Shown here: positions 1 through 17,762 of the stretch, one piece after another | Layout of the letters: the number at the start of each line of letters is the position of its first letter | Numbering within the stretch: position 1 is the first letter of the stretch | Origin: the human T2T-CHM13v2.0 reference genome, Homo sapiens | Reading direction: 5' to 3' (one strand) | NCBI RefSeq assembly: GCF_009914755.1 | Contig: NC_060936.1 | DNA length: 64,000 nucleotides | Notes under the pieces: model-generated | What the model was told of the DNA's origin: nothing | The model's input: only the letters and a program-made list of their open reading frames with translations | Databases searched by the model: none | Program-made: the position numbers and the translations under genes

Positions 1-212
1 CTGGGCTCAAGAGATCCTACCACCTCAGCCTCCCACGTAGCTGGGACTATAGGTGCACCCCACCACGCCCGGCTAATTTTTTGTATTTTTGTAGAGATGG
101 CATTTTGCCATGTTCCCCACGCTGGTCTTGAACTCTTGGGCTCAAGTGATCCATCCGCCTGGGCCTCCCAAAGTGCTGGGATTACAGGCCTGAGCCACCG
201 CACCCAGCCCCT
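1..212 (-). mobile_element. Alu (cut by window edge)
   Basis: cctcccaaagtgctgggattacagg...gagccacc. Confidence 0.9.
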
Positions 213-615
213 CGGTTGTGTTTATGAAGGACCTGTCCTCAGGGAATTCCTCAATTCAATTGTAAACATTGGCCTGACTTTTTCTCCTTGATCGTAAACT
301 GGGCTTGTAGCAGTTCAGCTCAAGACTGAGAATACTCCAGTAGGACATTAAGGAAGGAGTCAGTGGGGGTCACCCTGCTTAAGGAGATGACAGACAAGGC
401 ACTTTGTTTGAAACACACCTCTGTTCGTCATTCACCCTTGCTGGGTCTCATCTGCTCACTCAGTAGAGAAACAAGAAGTTCTCTGATTTGCAGACCTCCT
501 TGAAAGACCCATGATGCTCATAGCAGTGACTAAGCATCACACTGTGTGCTGTACCGGGTCCGTCTCAGGAGAGCAAATCATGATGGTGATGACGATAATA
601 ACCGCCAACCCTTAG

Positions 616-943
<328 letters not shown>

Positions 944-949
944 TAACTA

Positions 950-1110
950 CTTAAAAGTTCAATCATTTCATCCTCCCAGCAACCGATAAGGTAGGAACTC
1001 TTATTTCCACTTACAGTTGAGGCAACTGAGGGACACAGAGACTAAGAGACTTGCTGTGCTTCATACATGAGGAGGCAAAGATGAGATCTGAACCATGGCC
1101 ATCAGGATTC
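950..1110. mobile_element. MIR fragment
   Basis: cacttacagttgaggcaactgagg...gacttgc MIR core. Confidence 0.6.
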
Positions 1111-1171
1111 TGACTCTGTGCTCTTCGCCCCCACGTTATGCTGCCTGATGATTATTACCACCATTGCAACA

Positions 1172-1462
<291 letters not shown>

Positions 1463-1609
1463 TAATTGCAACTTTTATTAGTTGGGGCACTTCGCAGTTT
1501 ATGCATCAGTTCACTTTGAAACCTCACAACCACACTAGGATGTTGGCCCCACTATCATCGTCATCCAAAGACCATCAGCATTGGCTACTGAGACACCCCG
1601 GAAACAGCA

Positions 1610-1840
1610 TAGGGCAGCAGTTCAGAGTCTCAGGAGCTGAATAGCCTGGGTTTGCTTCTTACTAGCTGAGTGACTTTGGTTAACTTAACTAACCTCTCTG
1701 TGTTTCAGTTGCCTCAATTGCAAAATGGACAAAATCATTAGACTTCCTTTATATGGTTGCTTTTAGGGATCAAATGATAACATGAAAAGAAAGTTCCTAG
1801 AACACTGTCTGGCACTAAGCAAGTATCCTATAAACATCAG
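1610..1840. mobile_element. MIR fragment
   Basis: cttactagctgagtgacttt...cctctctgtgtttcagttgcctc...aaaatgg. Confidence 0.7.
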
Positions 1841-2118
1841 CTCATCATGTGACCTTATGTTTGATCCCCCACACCATGCTGGCTTTCTGATGCACAGAGA
1901 GGGGGAGTCAGGGTCTTCCTATGTAGGGAAACTGAGTATTCCCCTGTGGTCAGGGGGCCATTCCACTCTGGACTGCCCCAGAGGCTGCTGGGTCTGGATC
2001 TTCAGCCACTTGAGTGCATGGGGTCAGGATGGGTTGAGCTGTGTTGGGTGCCCTGTTTGGGGCGGTGGTGCCCATGCCCATGCAGGGCTGGGGGCTGATG
2101 CTGTGGTCCCCGCTTCAG

Positions 2119-2307
2119 CTGAAGGAGTGGGTGCAGAAGCTCATGATGACCCTCCGGCACCCGTCACTGCCGCTGCTGGAGCTGCAGGAGATCATGACCA
2201 GCGTGGCAGGCCGCATCCCCGCCCCTGTGGAGAAGTCTGTCCGCAGGGTGATGGCCCAGTATGCCAGCAACATCACCTCGGTGCTGTGCCAGTTCCCCAG
2301 CCAGCAG
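2119..2307 (+). CDS. ACACB: ACACB coding exon LKEWVQK...FPSQQ
   Basis: cag|CTG ... CAG|gtgcgt; 189 nt, phase 0/0. Confidence 0.96.
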
Positions 2308-2716
2308 GTGCGTGCTCCCCTGCCCAGCCCCACCCCACCAGGATGGTCACACTGGGCCGGCTCCCGGTCTGGCTCGATATCTGGCCTCTGATCAAGTTGA
2401 ACTCCTTGAGACCCACTTATAGCCTAACATATCAGGGGCCGAGGGTTTCCTTTTGAGCCTTGTCTGCAGAATCCTATCATTTACTCAAAGCAACAGTTGT
2501 TTGAATGAACATCAGTATTCCTTAGGCCTCATTGCCTAAAACCCAAGATTCTGAATAGGAGTGAGCAGTTGTTGCAGATGGAGTGAGCATTTCCCAAAAA
2601 ATAAACTGGCTGACATCATTAGAGGAAACTGCAAGTTTTTTTATTTTTGTTTTTTCACTGGTTTGCAGCTTTGATTTTCTGCCCCTGGATTTTGTAGGTG
2701 ATCATCTGGGAGCTCC

Positions 2717-3580
2717 ATGTATGTGTGTGTGTGTGTGTATCTGTGTGTATATATATATACACACACATATATATGCATATATATACACATACACACACGT
2801 GTGTATATATGTATATACACACATACACACACGTGTGTATATATGTATATACACACATACACACACGTGTGTATATATGTGTATACACACATACACACAC
2901 GTGTGTGTATATATGTGTATACACACATACACACACGTGTGTGTATATATGTGTATATGTGTATATATACACACGTGTGTATATATGTGTATATGTGTAT
3001 ATATACACACACGTGTGTATATATGTGTATATATGTATATATACACACATGTGTGTGTATATGTATATATACACGTACATGTATGTGTGTATATATGTAT
3101 ATATACACACGTGTGTATATGTATATATGTATATATACACACATGTGTGTATATGTATATATACACACATGTGTGTATATGTATATATACACACATGTGT
3201 GTATATGTATATATACACACATATCTGTGTGTATATGTATATATACACACACATATCTGTGTGTATATGTATATATACACACACATATCTGTGTATATAT
3301 GTATATACACGCACACACATATCTGTGTATATATGTATATACACGCACACACATGTGTATATATGTATATACACGCACACACATGTGTATATATGTATAT
3401 ACACGCACATACATGTGTATATATGTATATATACGCACATACATGTGTATATGTGTATATATACATGTATGTGTATATACGCACATACATGTGTATATGT
3501 GTATATATACGTGCATGTATATATACATATATACATGTATGTGTGTATATACATATAAACATATATATGTATATATATAA
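2717..3580. repeat. Compound (TA/CA/TG)n purine-pyrimidine alternating minisatellite
   Basis: ~860 bp of ~26-34 bp units such as gtatatatacacacatgtgtgtatat. Confidence 0.97.
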
Positions 3581-3589
3581 TATTTTTTA

Positions 3590-3868
<279 letters not shown>

Positions 3869-4239
3869 AATGTACTGAGATGTCTTATCATAATCATAGT
3901 TGCATTTGTGAACATGTTAAAAAAAAAAAAAGAATGGAAGCCATTCCAGGGAAGTAAGAAATATCTCTGTTATTTACACATCGGCCTCGCGTTGTTCATT
4001 TTGTTGTGGTTGTTGGTTTTGTGGGGCATTTGAAAGGCATTTGCACTGGGAAGAGCCCCTCTGCCTGTTTGCCTTCCTGCCCTCTGGTGGGAGGGTTCCC
4101 CACCATCATCATCCACCCACCCACAAATTGGTGATTTGGGAAACCAGAGGACAGTGTAGTTCAGGCCATTCTCGGAGGTTAGGAGTTCTATGGGTTGGAA
4201 TGTTGTTCAGCCAAAGAAAGAAAGAATACTGATTCATGC

Positions 4240-4795
<556 letters not shown>

Positions 4796-5215
4796 AAAAG
4801 CCAAACTCTAGAGGATCCTAACTGAAAAAGTACACACTTGGAACTTTCAGGAATTTGTCATTGATCCAGGTTTTTTTTTCTTTAAAAATATTTTTGATGC
4901 CAAAGGCAATACACCGATAACATTATGTGTAATGATAAAGACAGGACCCTTCCCCATGAGCACCCTGGTTTTTGCTAGAGTGGGACATTCCCATCTCCTT
5001 GTTCCCCATCCCATTGATATGTGCGGAATGGTATAAGGCGAATGTGTGCACTCCTCCATGTGATCGCTGGCATTTTGAGCGCTTGAATTCCTCACCGTTG
5101 AGGGGATGAACAGGGGTGTTTCAGGGTAGCTGGAAGGCTTTGGGCCTGGAATTTTCAATCTTCAAATGAGTCTCGGATGGGACCTCCCTGGGAGGCTGTG
5201 GTGGGTCCTTTAGGT

Positions 5216-5738
5216 CAGCAGTTCCCAACCTTTTTAGCACCAGGGACCGGTTTTGTGGAAGATAGTTTTTCCACGGACCGGGGAGGGGGATGGTTTCGGG
5301 ATGATTCAAGCACGTTACATTTATGGTGCACTTTATTTCTATTATGATTACATTGTAATATATAATGAAATAATTATACAACTCACCATAATGTAGAATC
5401 TGTGAGAGCCCCAGGCTTGTTTTCCTGCACCTAGAAGGTCCCATCTGGGGGTGATGGGAGACAGCGACAGATCATCAGGCCTTAGATTATCGTAACGAGC
5501 ATGCAACCTAGGTCCCTCGCATGCACGGTTCACAGCAGGGTTTGCGCTCCTGTGAGAATCTAATGCTCCCGCTGATCTGACAGGAGGTGGAGCTCAGATG
5601 GTAATGTGAGCAATGGGGAGGGGCTGTAAATACAGATGAAGCTTCGCTCCCTCACCCACTGCTTACCTCCCACTGTTCAGCCAGTTCCTAACAGGCCACG
5701 GACCAGTGCTCGTTTGGGTACTGGTTTGGGGACCCTTT
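5216..5738. mobile_element. MER1A hAT-Charlie DNA transposon, full length
   Basis: TIR-like ends cagcagttcccaacc / ggtttggggacccttt; 8-bp TSD ctttaggt/ctttaggg; 523 bp. Confidence 0.88.
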
Positions 5739-5804
5739 CTTTAGGGGACTGCTGTGTGTCATCTGAATCATCAGCAGTCAGACCTGTCTTGTTTTCCCAT
5801 CCAG

Positions 5805-5905
5805 ATAGCCACCATCCTGGACTGCCATGCAGCCACCCTGCAGCGGAAGGCTGATCGAGAGGTCTTCTTCATCAACACCCAGAGCATCGTGCAGTTGGTC
5901 CAGAG
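5805..5905 (+). CDS. ACACB: ACACB coding exon IATILDC...QLVQ(R)
   Basis: cag|ATA ... AG|gtgaat; 101 nt, phase 0/2. Confidence 0.96.
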
Positions 5906-6097
5906 GTGAATCCTGGGTCTCCCCGTAGGATGTGGTTGTCACCTGAATCGTCGCATGCATTGCACCAGGGTGGTGCTCTGGGGCTGTCTTCAGGGCAGGC
6001 TTGAACTGAGAGAAAGTGTGTTATAGTCCTGCAGTGCCATTACTAACAGCAGAACCCTGGGTGAGGTACTTTACTTCTGTAAATCTCTGTTTGTAAA

Positions 6098-6332
6098 TCT
6101 CAGCTCACTGCAACCTCCGCCTCCCAGGTTCAAGCAATTCTCCTGCCTCAGCCTCCCGAATAGCTGGGATTACGGGCATGTGCCACCATGCCTGGCTAAT
6201 TCTTGTACTTTTAGTAGAGACGGTGTTTCACCATGTTGGCCAGGCTGGTCTCGAACTCCTGACCTCAAGTGATCCATTCTCCTCGACCTCCCAAAGTGCT
6301 GGGATTACAGGCCTGAGCCACCATGTCTGGCC
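6098..6332 (-). mobile_element. Alu, partial
   Basis: Alu consensus without tail. Confidence 0.88.
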
Positions 6333-6571
6333 TATAAATGTATTAAGTTTTGTGAAGTGCTGACAAATAGTAAATACTTGATAGATACATTAGATTGAGA
6401 CAATGGGATGAAATAGCTTTATGTATGATAAAACACTGCAAAAATTGTTATTGTGGCTTTTGGGACAATTGCAAAGGAAAGTGGATGAATAATTGTATTT
6501 CATCTCAAGTAGTTATTTATTGTACAGGGGTTTCCCGCTGCAGGACTATTCTGATGACAAAAGGATTTTCT

Positions 6572-6867
6572 TTGTTTTTTTGAGATGGAGTTTCGCTCTG
6601 TCGGCCAGGCTGGAGTGTAATGGTTCGATCTTGGCTCACTGCAAGCTCCGCCTCCCGGGTTCACGCCATTCTTCTGCTGCCTCAGCCTCCCGAGTAGCTG
6701 GAACTACGGGCGCCCAACACCACGCCCGGCTAATTTTTTTGTGTGTTTTTAGCAGAGATGGAGTTTCATCATGTTAGCCAGGATGGTCTCAATCTCCTGA
6801 CCTCGTGATCCCCCTGCCTCGGCCTCCCAAAGTGCTGGGATTACAGGTGTGAGCCACTGCACCCGGC
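6572..6867 (-). mobile_element. AluY-like with perfect 17-bp TSD
   Basis: gcaagctccgcc/ttcacgccatt diagnostic; TGACAAAAGGATTTTCT at 6555-6571 and 6868-6884. Confidence 0.93.
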
Positions 6868-6941
6868 TGACAAAAGGATTTTCTGCCACTTTTCATGAAA
6901 AATCCACCTAGCAAGAAGGCTTTCCTTATGAAGACAATCAG

Positions 6942-7246
6942 GGCCAGGCGCTGTGGCTTATGCCTGTAATCCCAGAATTTTGGGAGGCCAAGGCAAGAGG
7001 ATCACTTGAGGCCAGGAGTTGGAGACCAGCCTGGGTGATGTAGCGAGACCCTGTCTCTACAAAAAAAAAAGAAAAAAAAAATGAGTCGGGGATGGTGGTG
7101 TGTACCTATAGGCCCAGCTACTCAGGAGGCTGAGGTGAGAGGACTGCTTGAGCCCAGGAGTTCGAGGTTATAGTGAGCTGTGATCGCGCCATTGCACTCC
7201 AGCCTGGGGACAGAGCAAGACCTTGTCTTTTATGAAAAAGAAAAAA
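6942..7246 (+). mobile_element. Alu (J-like)
   Basis: Alu dimer. Confidence 0.9.
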
Positions 7247-7763
7247 GGAATCAAAGCATTCTTGGATTTGAACCAGTAAATTCCAGGCATGTTTCCCATG
7301 TGCCAGAAACTCACAGGTACAAAGAATGTGAGATTGTAGAAAACTGGCCTCCTTTTCAAGGAGCTCCTCAGCTGTTAGGGAGAGAGATTTTAGTGTGGAT
7401 TCCCCACAAACTGCAAGTTTCACAGCCAAGGGCTAGGAAGGGAGTCCTCCTAAAACACATAGACTGCTAACCTTAAGCCCATCCTTTAAGCTTCAGAGAA
7501 ACATCTAGGAAAAATGAACCATTAATAAATTAACTGAATTTTCTAGCAAGTTTTCTGTGCTGACCATAAATATTAAAGCCCTGTCCTGTATTGTGTAAGT
7601 ATGTTTTAAAATCACATTTGTATCAGAGTCTTTTAGCATCTTGGTCTGTTTTGTTGTGATTTGGTGATGCTGCCATGAAGCGTCTACTTCCCCACAACTC
7701 AGTGGCGCATCTCCTGAGAAACTTGACTCCTGTGTTCAGATTTTTGGAAGAACATCCAGGTTA

Positions 7764-8141
<378 letters not shown>

Positions 8142-8450
8142 TTAAAATGGTCTCTATACCTTGGGTAAGTAATTGAAAAATTTTGTTTTTAACAGTTAAA
8201 GCTTGCTAAAATTGGCTACCCCTGTTCAGTATCCGAAATCTATGAAGTTTTTTTTTTTTCTTAACTCTGTGGCCAGAAAGGCGCCCTCCCAAGTATAAGG
8301 CTTGGGATCTACCTACTCCAGTTTTGCCTCCAGTTTGATGTGGGACTTTGGGCAGGGCAGTGTTCTTTTTGGCCTGCAGATGAATCAACTCCATATCCTT
8401 TGAAGGCCTCAGGATTAGAGGGTGCCTCTAGATACTTTAAAAAAATTTTT

Positions 8451-8745
<295 letters not shown>

Positions 8746-8774
8746 TGTATTTTTAAATTAACTAATTAATTAAT

Positions 8775-9160
8775 TTTTATTTATTTATTTTGAGACAAGC
8801 TGTCACCCAGGCTGGAGTGCAGCAGTGCAATCATAGCTCACAACAGCCTTGACCTCCTGGGCTCAAGCGATCCTATCACCTCAGCCTCCTATGTAGCTAG
8901 GACCACAGTCATGCGCTACCACTCCCGGCTAATTTTTTTGATTTTTTTGTAAAGACAAGGTCTCACCTTGTTGCCCAGGCTGCTCTTGAACTTCTGAGCT
9001 CAAATGATACTCACGCCTCAGCCTCCCAAAGTGCTGGGATTATTGGTGTGAGCCACCATGCCTGGCCTTAATTTTTTTGTTTTGTTTTGTAGATATGGGG
9101 TCTTGGCTATATTGCCCAGGCTTGAACTCCTGGGCTCCAGTGATCCTCCCACCTCAGTGT
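8775..9160 (-). mobile_element. AluJ plus adjacent Alu monomer fragment
   Basis: Alu consensus. Confidence 0.85.
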
Positions 9161-9169
9161 CCTTTCTAA

Positions 9170-9488
<319 letters not shown>

Positions 9489-9586
9489 AATCCTTTCTCT
9501 TTTTAAAAATCATAAAAAAAAATACTAAATATTCAGGTACTCAAGGAAGGGTGTGAGCATTAAGAGCAGCCTTCCCTTCTCCCCAG

Positions 9587-9675
9587 ATACCGCAGCGGGA
9601 TCCGCGGCTATATGAAAACAGTGGTGTTGGATCTCCTGAGAAGATACTTGCGTGTTGAGCACCATTTTCAGCAAG
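9587..9675 (+). CDS. ACACB: ACACB coding exon YRSGIRG...HHFQQ(A), GC donor
   Basis: cag|A TAC ... CAA G|gcaaga; 89 nt; the GC donor restores the frame into AHYDK. Confidence 0.93.
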
Positions 9676-9764
9676 GCAAGAGATGCTGATGCCAACACCA
9701 GTGGGATGGTGGGGGGCGTGAGGAGCCTGAGCTTTACCTCTGTGTGGTGTTTTGTCTCCCCCAG

Positions 9765-9889
9765 CCCACTACGACAAGTGTGTGATAAACCTCAGGGAGC
9801 AGTTCAAGCCAGACATGTCCCAGGTGCTGGACTGCATCTTCTCCCACGCACAGGTGGCCAAGAAGAACCAGCTGGTGATCATGTTGATC
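9765..9889 (+). CDS. ACACB: ACACB coding exon HYDKCVI...VIMLI
   Basis: cag|CC CAC ... ATC|gtaagc; 125 nt. Confidence 0.95.
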
Positions 9890-9929
9890 GTAAGCAGGAA
9901 GAGGGCCTGTTACTAGACTGGGGGTGGGT

Positions 9930-10830
<901 letters not shown>

Positions 10831-11156
10831 GCACTGGGAAGATCATGACTAATGCAAAGCACCTAGTTTGTGCCAGGTACTCCTGAAGTGCTTTCCAAAT
10901 AAATAGTTGCTCATTTAATTCACGCAGCAGTCCTAGAAAGTGGGTACTGCTGTCACAGCTCTTTGGCAGAGCACAGAGAGGTTAAGCCACTTGCCCAAGG
11001 GCACCCAGCTCCTAAATGTAGAGCCAGGATTTGAACCAATAGTCTGACTCCAGACTCATGAACTATTAGCCGCAGGATATTGGATTTTGAGTCCTGTGTG
11101 TGGAGAAGAAGAAATATGGAGTCTCTGTTCTTGTTTCTCTTTCCACTCGATGATAG

Positions 11157-11510
<354 letters not shown>

Positions 11511-11621
11511 TAACTAAAAATATTTTTCTTTGATATGTCCCTTGCAACTGACTTGGAAAATGTAGGATCAGCAGAGTAAGAGCAACTTGGACTTGGCTTA
11601 TAGTAGAAAGGGGTTTGGCAA

Positions 11622-12051
<430 letters not shown>

Positions 12052-13467
12052 TAAAGGGCTCCAGATAGTAAAGATTTTAGGCTTGAGGACGTCCACCCCC
12101 TATTGCCACTACTCAGCTCTGTGAGCTCTGCCACTGTAGCCTGAAAACTAGACAATAGGTACATGAATGAGGGTGGCTATGTTCCAATAAAACTTTATTT
12201 ACAAAAACAGTCAGTAGGCAGAGTTTGGCCACGATCTCAGAGAATAGTTAATACCCTGTCCCCTGTCCAAGTTGCATTAATAAATATTGGGATTTTTGGT
12301 AAAGAATCATTTAAAAATCTCACGCAGCAGCTTTTAATCCTGGCTGTACATTAGAATCACCTAGGGGGTGGGGAGACTTAAAAAATACAATTGCCCATGC
12401 CCCACCCTTGGTCAATTTAATCAGAGTTTCTAGGGGTAGGGCCCAGGCATTAGTGCTTTTTGAAAGTTTCCCTGTGGGAAACCTAAATGTGCACTGTATA
12501 TTAGATAATATTATTGGTTTAATGTTCAGTTTCTTTGGTGTTTTAATGGTTCTGTAGTAGGTGGAAGGGAGATATGTGCGAAAATAGTGTAAAGGATTGT
12601 GGTGTCTGCAACTGACTTTCAGAAAAAGAGAGAGTGTGTATGTGTATGCGCACGTACGTTCTTATTAGAGAAAAATCAAATATGATAATGTGGCAAAAGT
12701 TTTAACAATTAGTGAATCTAGGTGATTACTATGGGTTTTTAACATACTGATCTTCAATTCTTCTGTAGTTTTGAAGTTTGTAAAAATTAATTGGGAGAGA
12801 GGACTCTCCAAGTGATTGCAACACGCAGCCAGGACTGGGAATTTATGCCCAAGGAGATATCCACTCTTTGGGGGGAGTTCTATTACTAAAATAATATAAT
12901 GTTTTTCAAAATACATTCTTTGGATGGAGTTTCCTGGAGTTTGAGTGTTTGTCAAGCAAAATATGCCTGTAATCTATTACAGTCAGCTTGCCATTCAAAG
13001 GCAGTGGGTCTGTGGGTTATTTTGCTGTTCGTTCTTCTGTGCACATATTGACTCTCTTCTGGGCATGAAGTCATGAAATATCATGTACACCAGAGGACAG
13101 CCAAGGGAAGATGGGTGGAGCAGCCCCCAGTTCTTGGGAATTGGGACATTTTCCTGGACCTCCTTGGTGATAGAGGCTAAAAATGTTGAACCAATTACAG
13201 TCTCGGGATAAATGTGAGATTCATTATTCTTCTGACTTTCTTGGTCCCATTTGTTAGAAAATAGTGAGTTCTCTGCACCTGATGGTATTTGGTACCTGAG
13301 AGGTTTTGAACAAAGACTTGTGAATTGAATGATTATTTCGAAATGAATTTTTTTGAGGCTTTTAAAGGGACCTAGTTTCTGACACCAGTTCACTGGTCAT
13401 GGGACTTCGTTAGTGACAAAACGAAGCAAACAAAACATGATTCTGAGAACTAAAATATACAAGATGA

Positions 13468-13825
<358 letters not shown>

Positions 13826-14847
13826 GAAAAATGTTTTTGTTATTATTATTATTATCTTTTGTATGTAGAAGGCAATGGTTAGATTTTTTAACATTCACAC
13901 TTAGATGTGTGGGGGGAAATTTAAAAAATGTTCACACAAACTCTTGAGTTTTTCACCTCTTAGAAAAGCACCAGTCTAGCTGCTGGCCAGCACCTGTGCT
14001 GTCTGGCCTGGGAGCCACATGCCTAGGGGATTGGTGGGGAGTTATGCCACCACCGTTTAATAATAGAAAGCAAATCAGAGAAGGGAGAGGAGATTTAGAA
14101 CACTTTCCTACCACATTTCTTCAGCATTGATGTTCCTGTGTCTTTGTGTATGAAATATCAATATGTTGAAGTTTTTTCTGATGATAAAATCAGTCTCGGT
14201 TCATTATAATAGGAAAATGCAGAAACACATGTAGAAAAAAATGCCCCACAGCTCTACCATCTGGTGACCTCTTGAAGACCAGTCTTAGTGGATGCCCGGG
14301 GTGGGGAATGGGGGCATATTGCTCAGGAGCTCTGATATTTAGCATTCATTGCTCCATCTTCAGTGGGTGGTTAGGGAGCACCTGCGCTGAGCTGTTCCCA
14401 AGCCCCATATGCACTTAGGGCATAAGAGGAGATGCGAACACCGGCTGCACCCAGGCCTGGTCTCCAGCAGAAAGGCCCTTCTTTCAGAAGCAGAGAGGAG
14501 GGATGCAACACAGACACATTGTCCCTCCCTCTCCTGCAAGATTCAACCCCACGTCCCTCTCCTCTGAAACCGTGAGCGCCTTAAGTCAGGCAGCAATGTG
14601 TAGGGGAAGGAGCGGGAGGCTTTGGGGGCAGAATAGTGCTGTGTTCGAATCTGGCTCTGTCTTGCACATGTTTGCTGGCTTTGGGGTGAGGCATATTGCC
14701 TCTTTGAGCCTCAGTGTTCCTATCTGTAAAATGGGAATCAAAATAAGTAACTCTTCGTGGGGGTGGGAGAATTTGGGGAGTTGTATATAAAGGGTCTAGC
14801 TGTTTACTAGCCACCTGGCACATAGTATGTGCCTGATAATCACTGAC

Positions 14848-15162
14848 CTTTTTTTTTTTTTTTGGGGGGGAGACAGAGTCTGGCTCTGTTGCCCAGGCTG
14901 GAGTACAGTGGTGCGATCTCAGCTCACTGCAACCTCCACCTCCCAAGGGATGATCAAATCATCCTCCCACCTCAGCCTTCTGAGTAGCTGGGACTACAGG
15001 CATGTGCCACCATGCCCGGCTAATTTTTCTATTTTTTTTTTTGTAGAGACAAGGTTTTGCGCTGTTGCCCAGGCTGGTCTCAAACTCCTGAGCTCAAGCG
15101 ATCCTCCTGCCTCAGCCACCCAAAGTGCTGGGATTATAGGTGTGAGCCACCATGCCTGGCCT
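14848..15162 (-). mobile_element. Alu (J-like), preceded by a MIR at ~14630-14840
   Basis: Alu dimer; taatcactg flanks. Confidence 0.88.
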
Positions 15163-15475
15163 AATCACTGGCTATTAATAGTAACGTAGGCAGGGACTTA
15201 GTTGTATTTGTTTGTTCTTACCAGGCATTTAGGGCATGTTGTGGGGTGGATGAATGGGTGGCCGAGTGAGTGAGTGAGTGAGTGAATGAATGACTGACTG
15301 GGGTGGGTGCACAGTAGAAAGTGGTGAGGGTTTGCATAACAGGCTGTGCTGGGCCTGTTTGGAGAGTGGAGCAGCCGCCTGGCTTTTGCGGCAGGTGCTC
15401 CCCAAGTCGAGATGAGTGCTGCATGTTTCCCTGGGCTGGAGAAAAGCCATTTGGCTTCTTTTTCTGTCCCCTAAG

Positions 15476-15589
15476 GATGAGCTGTGTGGCCCAGACCCTT
15501 CCCTGTCGGACGAGCTGATCTCCATCCTCAACGAGCTCACTCAGCTGAGCAAAAGCGAGCACTGCAAAGTGGCCCTCAGAGCCCGGCAG
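15476..15589 (+). CDS. ACACB: ACACB coding exon DELCGPD...ALRARQ
   Basis: aag|GAT ... CAG|gtaggg; 114 nt. Confidence 0.96.
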
Positions 15590-15767
15590 GTAGGGTCTCA
15601 GGGTGCGGTCCCCACGATGTGCGTTTCCCCCCACCCTCCTATGTGTCCCCTACCGTGCTCAGCCCTCACCATGCACAGTCCCACCGTGCTGCCGGCCCGT
15701 GCCCGAGCCTCTGCCTTCTGCCCTGGGAGGTTGGCTCACGCCAGCGCCCCCATCCCTCCCCCTGCAG

Positions 15768-15881
15768 ATCCTGATTGCCTCCCACCTCCCCTCCTACGAG
15801 CTGCGGCATAACCAGGTGGAGTCCATTTTCCTGTCTGCCATTGACATGTACGGCCACCAGTTCTGCCCCGAGAACCTCAAG
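15768..15881 (+). CDS. ACACB: ACACB coding exon ILIASHL...PENLK
   Basis: cag|ATC ... AAG|gtgagc; 114 nt. Confidence 0.96.
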
Positions 15882-16444
15882 GTGAGCCCGTCTCCTTCCT
15901 TTCACCATCTGCAGAGCACACACTGTGGCCCAGGTGGGGGCCTCTGGGGAAACGGCTCCTCCTGCCCTCCAGGTGCTCAGTGGGGTGCAGGGCACAGCCA
16001 CAGATGCAGACAGTTCAGCCCAATGTGGCCAGGGCTGCCCGAGGGGTCACCTGGGGAGACTCTAGGAGAGGTGGGCATGGAGCCCAGTCCTCCAGGAAGG
16101 ACAGTGTGACAGCAGTGGGGGCTCACCTGGTGCAGTTTACAAACCTCAGCCATATGGAGCATATCTGGAAGCTGTGAGCCCTCCTGTGGCTGAGTCGCGG
16201 CCTCATCTTCCCTATTCCTGGACTCTGGCTCATTTACATGTTCTCAGGTACCCCCTCAGTGCCTGATGGGAGACCTGTCCCAGGTGCCGTCATCCCGGAG
16301 TTCTTCACCAGCTCTCCTATGATTAAATAGGGGAGGAGCCCAGCGCGCTGCAGGGCACTGATCGCTTTTAGTGGTCAAAGCATGACTTCTGCCTGCTCCC
16401 ACCGCCCCCACTCATCAGACTGGTGATTAAAAAACTTACTCACT

Positions 16445-16730
16445 GGCTGGGCACGGTGGCTCATGCCTGTAATCCCAGCACTCGGGAGGCCAAGACTGGA
16501 GGATCACTTAAGCCCAGGAATTTGAGGCCAGCCTGGGCAACATGTGAGACCCTGTCTCTACAAAAAATAGACACACAAAAAAAAGAGCCACGATGTTGGC
16601 GCACGCTGTAGTCCCAGCTGCTCAAGAGGTTGAGGTGGGGAGATCGCTTCAGCCTGGGAGTTTGAGGCTGCGGTGAGCTATGATCACACCACTGCACTCC
16701 AGTTTATCTCAAATAAAAACAAAGAAAAAC
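16445..16730 (+). mobile_element. Alu (J-like)
   Basis: Alu dimer ending ~50 nt before the exon acceptor. Confidence 0.88.
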
Positions 16731-16783
16731 CTGAAACTTGTTCACATTTACTTTTCCTTGTTTCCCCTTTTCATTTCCCTTAG

Positions 16784-16873
16784 AAATTAATACTTTCGGA
16801 AACAACCATCTTCGACGTCCTGCCTACTTTCTTCTATCACGCAAACAAAGTCGTGTGCATGGCGTCCTTGGAG
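16784..16873 (+). CDS. ACACB: ACACB coding exon KLILSET...MASLE
   Basis: tag|AAA ... GAG|gtaagc; 90 nt. Confidence 0.96.
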
Positions 16874-17498
16874 GTAAGCAGGAGAGGCCCAGAGAACAGC
16901 ACTGACCATGCCAGTTCTAGTGTTCACTGCCGCTACCATGCACCTGACCCTAGGCCACATGCCTTGGTGAATGTGATCCTATCCTTTTCTCTTCAAGGTA
17001 GCTATGTTAATAGTCCCATCTTACAGAGGAAGGAACTGAGGCTCAGAGAGGTCAAGTGACTTATGCAACGTCACACAGCTAGAAAGTGGCAGAACCAGGT
17101 TTTGCATTATTGGGTCTGCCTCATTCCAGATTCCATGCTAGTTACCACTGCTGTCTCATGTCATTCCAGCCTCTTCCAGGCAGGGCACATTAAATACTAA
17201 TCCCTGAGAGCCAAGTCTGAGGCACCTCATCTAAACTTTCTGACTCACGTGCATTAAATACCTTTGAAAGACTTTTCTGCTTGGAACTGCCAGAGCTAGA
17301 GGAGCCCAGGTGACAACTTAAGGTGACCCCCTGCCCCCCGAGTGATGAGGTAGAAGGGCGTGGCCAGTAGCAAAACCCAGATTAGAGCCAGGTGATCCCA
17401 GGTGGTCTTGCTCCCGGGAGCAAGAATTCAGGTCTTCTTGAATTCAGGAACCAAGAAGTGTTGTGTTGGTTCCAGGAAATCAGAGTTTTAAATCTGCT

Positions 17499-17762
<264 letters not shown>

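Noticed and set aside
1782-2456. 224-aa ORF overlapping the first exon in another frame
   Set aside because: Starts in a MIR and runs through GC-rich exon and intron sequence; no independent evidence
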